A stretch of 64,000 bases of DNA, from positions 64,001 to 128,000 of the forward strand of contig DASCPX010000009.1 in NCBI GenBank assembly GCA_036012755.1, read 5' to 3'. Both the position numbers and the translations under genes were made by a program. Below the pieces are notes generated by a model that did no database searches, was not told the origin of the DNA, and worked only from the letters and a program-made list of their open reading frames with translations. How positions within the stretch are numbered: the first letter of the stretch is position 1; each line of letters opens with the position of its first letter. The DNA is from Myxococcota bacterium. GTDB lineage: Bacteria > Myxococcota_A > UBA796 > CAJQPC01. Below are positions 58,560 to 64,000 of this stretch, piece after piece.

Positions 58560-59695
58560 CGCGCCTTGGTAACCCGCTCGTAGACGGCCTCCAGTCGCCT
58601 CGCGCACTGGTCCCAGGTGAATCGAGAGGCGATGTCCGCTCTCGCCTCGGCTCCCAGGCGCGCCCGCCGTCCCGGGTCCTGCTCCAGGGACGCCAGCGCC
58701 AGGGCGAAGGCCGCGACGTCCCCGTCCGGTACTGGCACCACCCCCGCGATGTCTCGTGCCGAGCCCTCGGCGCAGACGGTCGGGAGTCCGAAGCCGAGGG
58801 TGTTCAAGAGCTTCATGGGGTAGCCGCTGCACACGGCGCGGGGGAGCGCGGCCATGTCTGCGGCCGCAAGGAGGTCGCGGACCCTGTCCCACGACGGGGT
58901 GACGACGAAGCGCTTCCGGTCGGCCTCGATCGACATCGAGCGGCTCTCCCACTTGCCCAGCGAGGACGCGGAGACCATCAGCAGCCCCAGGGTGTCCAGG
59001 CTCGCCACAGCGTCGATCAGCACCTCCAGGTCCTGGTAGGGGTCCGGGTTGCCGGCGTAGATCACCCAGGCGCGGTCACCGAGATCGAGCTCTGCGCGCG
59101 CACGCTCCCGGTCCCCCACGAGCTCCTCAAGATCGACTCCGGGAGGGATGAAGGTGACATCCCGACACCCGAGGGAGCGCAACAGCGGCGCCGCCTGCTC
59201 GGAGATGGCGACGCAGGCATCTGCCCGCCGGGGCACCGCCCCGTCCAACCAGGTCCCGATGCGCCGTGCCGCCCGGCGCGCCGCCGGTCGCTCGAAGTAG
59301 CGATGCAGCTCCTCTGCCATCGTGTTGTGGTTGTTGTAGACCACCGGCACGCCGTTCAGAGCCCTGGCGATGTAGGCCGCCACGGGGGCCTCGTAGTTGT
59401 GAGCGTGGACCACGTCGATCCCGGCCCTCAGGGCGACCAGGCGCGCGGTGAGGGCGACGTCCAAGAAGGGCTTCACGAGGTCCGGCCCTGCACGCAGGCT
59501 GTCGTATGCAGGAAGCCGCGGCGTCCTGATGACCTCTATGGCCGGGTCGACCTCCCCAGAGCCGTGCCCGTAGCAGGCCACGATGACCCGATGACCACGC
59601 CGGGCCAGCGCCCGGGACATGCCATGCACGTAGACCTGTGAGCCCTGTGGGCTGGGAAAAGGAAAGGCCGCCGCCTGCACGATCGTCAACGGCAT
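58556..59695 (-). CDS. Glycosyltransferase family 4
   Basis: [35 protein letters not shown]. Confidence 0.88.
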   Translation of the reverse strand: MPLTIVQAAAFPFPSPQGSQVYVHGMSRALARRGHRVIVACYGHGSGEVDPAIEVIRTPRLPAYDSLRAGPDLVKPFLDVALTARLVALRAGIDVVHAHNYEAPVAAYIARALNGVPVVYNNHNTMAEELHRYFERPAARRAARRIGTWLDGAVPRRADACVAISEQAAPLLRSLGCRDVTFIPPGVDLEELVGDRERARAELDLGDRAWVIYAGNPDPYQDLEVLIDAVASLDTLGLLMVSASSLGKWESRSMSIEADRKRFVVTPSWDRVRDLLAAADMAALPRAVCSGYPMKLLNTLGFGLPTVCAEGSARDIAGVVPVPDGDVAAFALALASLEQDPGRRARLGAEARADIASRFTWDQCARRLEAVYERVTKAR

Positions 59696-59772
59696 CCTCG
59701 AGTCCTATCCTGCCCCGGCTTCACGCTGGGCGTCGGGCTGCGTATACTGCGTCACAACACGAAGGAGGAGCC

Positions 59773-60504
59773 GTGTTCATTCTCTTGATCTCCCTGCTCA
59801 GCGGGTGCACAAAGGACTGCATCGAGGGCTACGCCATGGGCGCGGACGGGAACTGCTACCCGGTCGGCGACAGCGGTGACAGCAACGTCGAGGGCGACGC
59901 CGACACCGACGCCGACACCGACGCTGACACCGACGCGGACTCCGACGCGGACAGCGACGCAGACTCCGATGCGGACAGCGACGCAGACTCCGATGCGGAC
60001 AGCGACGCAGACTCCGATGCGGACAGCGACGCGGACTCCGACGCGGACTCCGACGCGGACTCCGACGCAGACTCCGACGCAGACACCGACGCAGACTCAG
60101 ACGCAGACGCAGACGCAGACGCCGACGGCGACACGGATCGCGACTGCAGCGCCTCCGGCGGAGGCATCTGCGGAGAGGTCACCGGAACGCATCCTGGCGT
60201 TGCCTGGGGCGTCGAGGTGAGAGAGAACGCCTCGGACACCATCCCCTTCGCCATGTACGCGCCCCCGACTGGAGCGACGGGATCCTGGCCAGAGGACTAC
60301 TCGGTCGTCGATGGTGACGTGCTCGGAAAGAAGGGCAGCGGCGGGACCTTCGACACCGCCAACTACTACGTCTATGTCATCGCCGACACGGACGGAGACG
60401 GCTACCTCGACGCCAACGCCGGTGACGACTACGCCGCATACAGCGGCAACCCGGTGTCGGTCACCTCTGGCTCGCTCACGACGGTGAACCTCACCTATCC
60501 CTGA
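59773..60504 (+). CDS. Lipoprotein with a long (Asp-X)n repeat
   Basis: GGAGGAG RBS and GTG; LSGC lipobox; DADT/DADS tract; TATACT -10-like box upstream. Confidence 0.85.
   Translation: MFILLISLLSGCTKDCIEGYAMGADGNCYPVGDSGDSNVEGDADTDADTDADTDADSDADSDADSDADSDADSDADSDADSDADSDADSDADSDADSDADSDADTDADSDADADADADGDTDRDCSASGGGICGEVTGTHPGVAWGVEVRENASDTIPFAMYAPPTGATGSWPEDYSVVDGDVLGKKGSGGTFDTANYYVYVIADTDGDGYLDANAGDDYAAYSGNPVSVTSGSLTTVNLTYP
59896..60138 (+). repeat. 12-bp-unit coding microsatellite encoding DADS/DADT
   Basis: About 81 codons alternating Asp with Ala/Ser/Thr. Confidence 0.95.
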
Positions 60505-60977
60505 TGCTCGGGAGCCCCCGGGTTCCCCAGCCGCCTGCGCGCCGCCTCTTCCAGGGCGGCGCGTATTTGATCAGGCCCGGCGTTGCTGTTGAGGTAGCCC
60601 AGGGGCGCGAAGCGCTGCTCGAGGTTCTTCCAGCGGCGGGGCTCGTGGTCGAAGTCGTAGCTGAAGACGACGGGGATGACATGTCCCGCGGCCCGAACAG
60701 CCGCCAACACGTAGGCGCCCTGGTTGTCTTCGAGGAAGCGGGTAGCGCGCTCGCGGTCACCGTTGCACCGGTCTTCGGCGGCGGCCATGTCGCCGATCAG
60801 CCGTGACGCCGGCACGCGGTCGAAGCGCATGTCGAGGAAGACGACGTCGTAGTGCTCGGCGGCGAGCCGGTCGAGGGCTTCGTGGCCGTCCCCGGCCCGC
60901 ACGAGCGTGAAGCCAGCCAGGAAGCGGGACAGGGTGCTGCTGTACTCCTCGCCGTCCTCGACGATCAGGACCCTCAT
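60495..60977 (-). CDS. Stand-alone response regulator with a loop insertion
   Basis: [21 protein letters not shown] overlap with the upstream kinase. Confidence 0.82.
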   Translation of the reverse strand: MRVLIVEDGEEYSSTLSRFLAGFTLVRAGDGHEALDRLAAEHYDVVFLDMRFDRVPASRLIGDMAAAEDRCNGDRERATRFLEDNQGAYVLAAVRAAGHVIPVVFSYDFDHEPRRWKNLEQRFAPLGYLNSNAGPDQIRAALEEAARRRLGNPGAPEHQG

Positions 60978-63622
60978 CTCCCCTCCAGGTGGATCTCCGC
61001 GCGAGGCAGGCGTACGACGATGGCTTTCTGCCAGCCCTCTTGGGCCTCGACCTTGATGGAGCCTTCCTGACGCGTCACGAGATCGACGGTGAGACCTAGG
61101 CCGCGGGCGATGTAGCGACCACGGATCATCTCGTCCGTGAGCGGTGAGACCGCGTTGTCGAGGAAGCGCAGCACCACCCACTCCAAGCCGGTCACGAAGT
61201 CGGCTTCCGTATCGAGCGAGAGCCCGATGCGCCGCTGCCCGGGTTCCCTCTCATCGAGGACGGCGTTGAGGCCGTTGCGCAGGATGTTCACCACGATGTC
61301 CTCCAACTCGCCCCTGAAGATGCGGACCGGCAGGGCCTCTTCCGGAGCCCGGAGCTCGAGCTCGGGGAGACGGCGCCCGGCGAAGGCCGGCTCGCGGGTG
61401 AGGTGTAGCCAGCAGTCCCGCAGGACCTCGCCATCGACCGGCAGCACGCACACCTCCGCGAGGATGCGGCCGAGCTCGATGTAGCCGGTGTGGTTGAGCG
61501 CGTGGCTGATCCGGAGGAGCTCATCGACGTCGTCCTCGGCGTCGGCGAGATCTGCGAAAGCGGCGCACATCGGGGCGATGACAGGGTCGAGGCGACGCAG
61601 GTTCAAGCGCATGGCGTGGCGCCTTCCGATCCTCTCCAGCTCGCGCACGTAGCCGTTCCATCGCTCGAGGATCCCGCCCCGGACGAGCCGCGCGACCGCC
61701 TCTGCGGCGGGCACCGGATCGCCCCGCTGAAGGGCCGCGGCGGCGGCGGGCAGCACCGTCGTGTTGTGCTTGAGCACCTCGTGTCGCATGGCGCTCAGCA
61801 CGGTCGCGACATCGTGGTAGCTCTCGGGGGCCACCTCCAGGAGCTCCTGGAGCGTCGCGCCCGTGCGGCGACGCCAGAACAACACCGCCGGGACCGCGAT
61901 CAGCGCCAGCCCGGCAGCACCCGCCCCACCGAAGGTCAGGCGGAAGCGCGTCTCCAGCTCGTCGCGGAGCAAGACGGCGGCTTCGTGGCGCCGACCGCCG
62001 GTGGCTCGCGCGAAGTACTCGGACAGGAGCTTGCGGGCCTCGAGCCAGTCACCCTCCTCGTCCGCCAGGGCAGCCAGGGCGTACCAGGCTTCTTCGGCCC
62101 CCAGCTGTGCGGCCTCGTGGAAGGCATCGGCTGCCTCGCCTCTGTGGCCGGCGTCCTGGTGGAGGTAGCCGATCGCCAACACCGTCAGCGGCTGAACGGG
62201 CCGGACCTCGAGGCTGCGCTCGTAGGTCTGCAGAGCGCCGGCGCTGTCCGCCGCGCGCAGCTGCAGGTGGGCGAGCAGGTTGAGGGCGTCGACGTACTCG
62301 GGTGACTCCTCCAGGGCGAGCTGGACCTCGATCAGGGCCTTGTCGTCGTCCTGCTGGCGCTCCAGGTAGACCTTGGCGAGCTTGAAGTGGAGCCAGGCGG
62401 ACTCGGCGATGCCGTCCGGGGGCCTGGCGAGCAGGGCCTCGACCTCTGGCGGGTCCGGGCGCGTGCGGACGAGGTCCGCGATGGCAAGCCTGGCCTGCTC
62501 CGCGAACTCGCCCTCCGGCGCACGGTCCACGTAGCGCTCGTACGCGTCCACCGCGCCGGGGAAGTCACCGGCCTGTTGGCGGATGGTGCCAAGGAGGTAG
62601 AGCAGCTCTACCCAGGCCGGACGCAGGGTCTGGGCGCGCTCGAGCTCGTCCGCGGCTTCGCGGTGACGGCGTCCGCCATAGCGACGCGCCAGCAACAGCC
62701 CGAAGCTGACCCTCCATGTGGCCTCGTCCGGCTCCAGCGCGATGGCGGTCAGGTAGGCCTGCTCGGCTCCCGCGATGTCGCCGAGCTCCAGGGCGACGTC
62801 CCCCGAAGCACCCCAGACCTCCGGGGATCTCGGCGCCAGCTCCAGGAGCACGTCGAGCCGAGCTCGGGCACGCTCCAAGCGCCCCTGCGCGATCTGGAGG
62901 CGCGCCTCCTCGAGCTCCTTCCGCTGCTGCGGGTCGAGGGCCTCTGCGCCGCCGATGGCGAGCACGGCGGCGGCTGCCTCGACGTCGAGGCGCTCCAGAC
63001 GGGCGCGGACCTCTTCCGCCAGCGCCCCCTCCGGCCAGAGCTCCAGGTAGGACTCGAGCCAGGCCCGCGCCTCCTCCCGCTGGTCGGCGGCCTTCAGCGC
63101 CTCGGCGAGCGCGATGAGGTGGAGTCCAGTCGCGGTCGGATCCTCCTCTGGGCCGCCCAGCTCGAGGTAGGTCTCGAAGGTCGCGACAGAGCCGGCGAGA
63201 TCTCCGGACAGCAGCGAGGCCTCGGACTCCAGCCGCCAGGGCTCGGCGTCGCCGAGGCGCAGCTTGCGCAGCCGGCGGTAGAGCTCGACCGCCTCCTCCG
63301 GGTGCTCCTCGCGGATCAGTCGGGCCAGCGCCTGGACGGCGTCGGCGTCCATCGGCATCTGTCGCAGGACCCGCACCGCGTCGTCGAGCTCGCCCTGCTG
63401 CTCGTGGCAGCGAGCGAGGCCGACCCCCGCCTGGGAGTACGCCGGGTCCCGCTCCAGCACGAGCTCGTAGGCAGCCGCAGCCCGGCTCCACTGTCCACCC
63501 CGCTCGTGCTGGAGCGCCGCCCGGTACAGCTGCTGCCCGATGGGATCGAGGCCGGCGCCGTCGAGGTCGCCACCAGCGGGGGGCTCCTGCGCGAACGCCA
63601 GCGCCAGCAACAGGGCGATCAA
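60974..63622 (-). CDS. TPR-repeat membrane sensor histidine kinase
   Basis: Signal peptide, about 550 aa of TPR-like helices, TM, H-box MRHEVLKH, N-box NILRNG, FLDNA, RGLGL. Confidence 0.78.
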   Translation of the reverse strand: MIALLLALAFAQEPPAGGDLDGAGLDPIGQQLYRAALQHERGGQWSRAAAAYELVLERDPAYSQAGVGLARCHEQQGELDDAVRVLRQMPMDADAVQALARLIREEHPEEAVELYRRLRKLRLGDAEPWRLESEASLLSGDLAGSVATFETYLELGGPEEDPTATGLHLIALAEALKAADQREEARAWLESYLELWPEGALAEEVRARLERLDVEAAAAVLAIGGAEALDPQQRKELEEARLQIAQGRLERARARLDVLLELAPRSPEVWGASGDVALELGDIAGAEQAYLTAIALEPDEATWRVSFGLLLARRYGGRRHREAADELERAQTLRPAWVELLYLLGTIRQQAGDFPGAVDAYERYVDRAPEGEFAEQARLAIADLVRTRPDPPEVEALLARPPDGIAESAWLHFKLAKVYLERQQDDDKALIEVQLALEESPEYVDALNLLAHLQLRAADSAGALQTYERSLEVRPVQPLTVLAIGYLHQDAGHRGEAADAFHEAAQLGAEEAWYALAALADEEGDWLEARKLLSEYFARATGGRRHEAAVLLRDELETRFRLTFGGAGAAGLALIAVPAVLFWRRRTGATLQELLEVAPESYHDVATVLSAMRHEVLKHNTTVLPAAAAALQRGDPVPAAEAVARLVRGGILERWNGYVRELERIGRRHAMRLNLRRLDPVIAPMCAAFADLADAEDDVDELLRISHALNHTGYIELGRILAEVCVLPVDGEVLRDCWLHLTREPAFAGRRLPELELRAPEEALPVRIFRGELEDIVVNILRNGLNAVLDEREPGQRRIGLSLDTEADFVTGLEWVVLRFLDNAVSPLTDEMIRGRYIARGLGLTVDLVTRQEGSIKVEAQEGWQKAIVVRLPRAEIHLEGR

Positions 63623-64000
63623 GCCAGTCGCTTCCTGAGCTCTCGCACCTTCAACCCCAGCTGGTTGAAGCGCAGCTGGACCTTCCGGGCGTTCTCTGCG
63701 TCGCCCATCAAGACCTTGGCCATCTCCGCGAAGTCGCCCTGGTAGGTGAGGTAGAGCGCCGTGAAGTACTGGCGCTCGACGTCCGCGGCGACCTTGTTCA
63801 GGGTCTCATGGGGCCGCACGCCGACTTCGAGCCTCCACCCGTCAGCCGGGGCCTCGACCTGGGGTCCCTGGGTGTGACGAAGCAGATCGCGGACGAGCTT
63901 GGGCCGGACCTGGACTACCTCCGGCCGCTGTATGTGGCGCAGCTGGACGAGCTCGGTGAAGGCGAAGACCAGCGCGTTCTCGACCGTCATCGCGAACTCG
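63619..64000 (-). CDS. C-terminal part of a probable sigma-54-dependent (NtrC/Fis-type) transcriptional activator, truncated by the window edge
   Basis: EFAMTVENA resembles the end of the AAA+ domain (REL..vE.A), followed by VERQYF...GD...MA..L HTH-like tail. Confidence 0.65.
   Translation of the reverse strand, partial: EFAMTVENALVFAFTELVQLRHIQRPEVVQVRPKLVRDLLRHTQGPQVEAPADGWRLEVGVRPHETLNKVAADVERQYFTALYLTYQGDFAEMAKVLMGDAENARKVQLRFNQLGLKVRELRKRLA

Noticed and set aside
424..63745. Many long overlapping or antisense ORFs (e.g. 13069-15801, 19441-22167, 20609-23386, 29483-32494, 40802-43669)
   Set aside because: They are Arg/Pro/Gly-rich or antisense shadows of real genes, expected at this GC content, and carry no family motifs.

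Overview
High-GC (roughly 70%, by eye), gene-dense bacterial chromosome segment of about 50 CDS. The gene repertoire (Ser/Thr kinases, a PP2C-cNMP fusion, FG-GAP and MopE-repeat lipoproteins, an AgmX-like protein, MqnD, an ECF/caspase cassette) suggests a Myxococcota/deltaproteobacterial lineage, which is an inference. Housekeeping content includes a type IIA topoisomerase A/B pair, an oppABCDF operon, mqnD, pepP, a PlsC-type acyltransferase, a GT4, a MATE pump, a LOG protein and UPF0182. I found no rRNA, tRNA, CRISPR array or transposase. Top observations: (1) a hidden selenoprotein, a redoxin lipoprotein with in-frame TGA giving W-U-S-A-C and a SECIS-like hairpin 17 nt downstream (34953-35612); (2) an ECF sigma / zinc anti-sigma / exported caspase-beta-barrel operon (50053-53633); (3) three unlinked Fe-S/sulfur-fold proteins sharing an N-terminal amphipathic peptide; (4) at least 13 exported proteins with ultra-short, uncharged signal peptides; (5) a TA dinucleotide about 12 nt upstream of many ATGs, suggesting leaderless transcription; (6) a HisC-like PLP enzyme whose Schiff-base lysine is Phe; (7) a 204-bp intergenic element with terminal inverted repeats, a 51-bp palindromic tandem repeat, and a consensus sigma-54 promoter. 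Two single-base frameshifts may be assembly errors. All calls come from reading motifs by eye; no searches were run.
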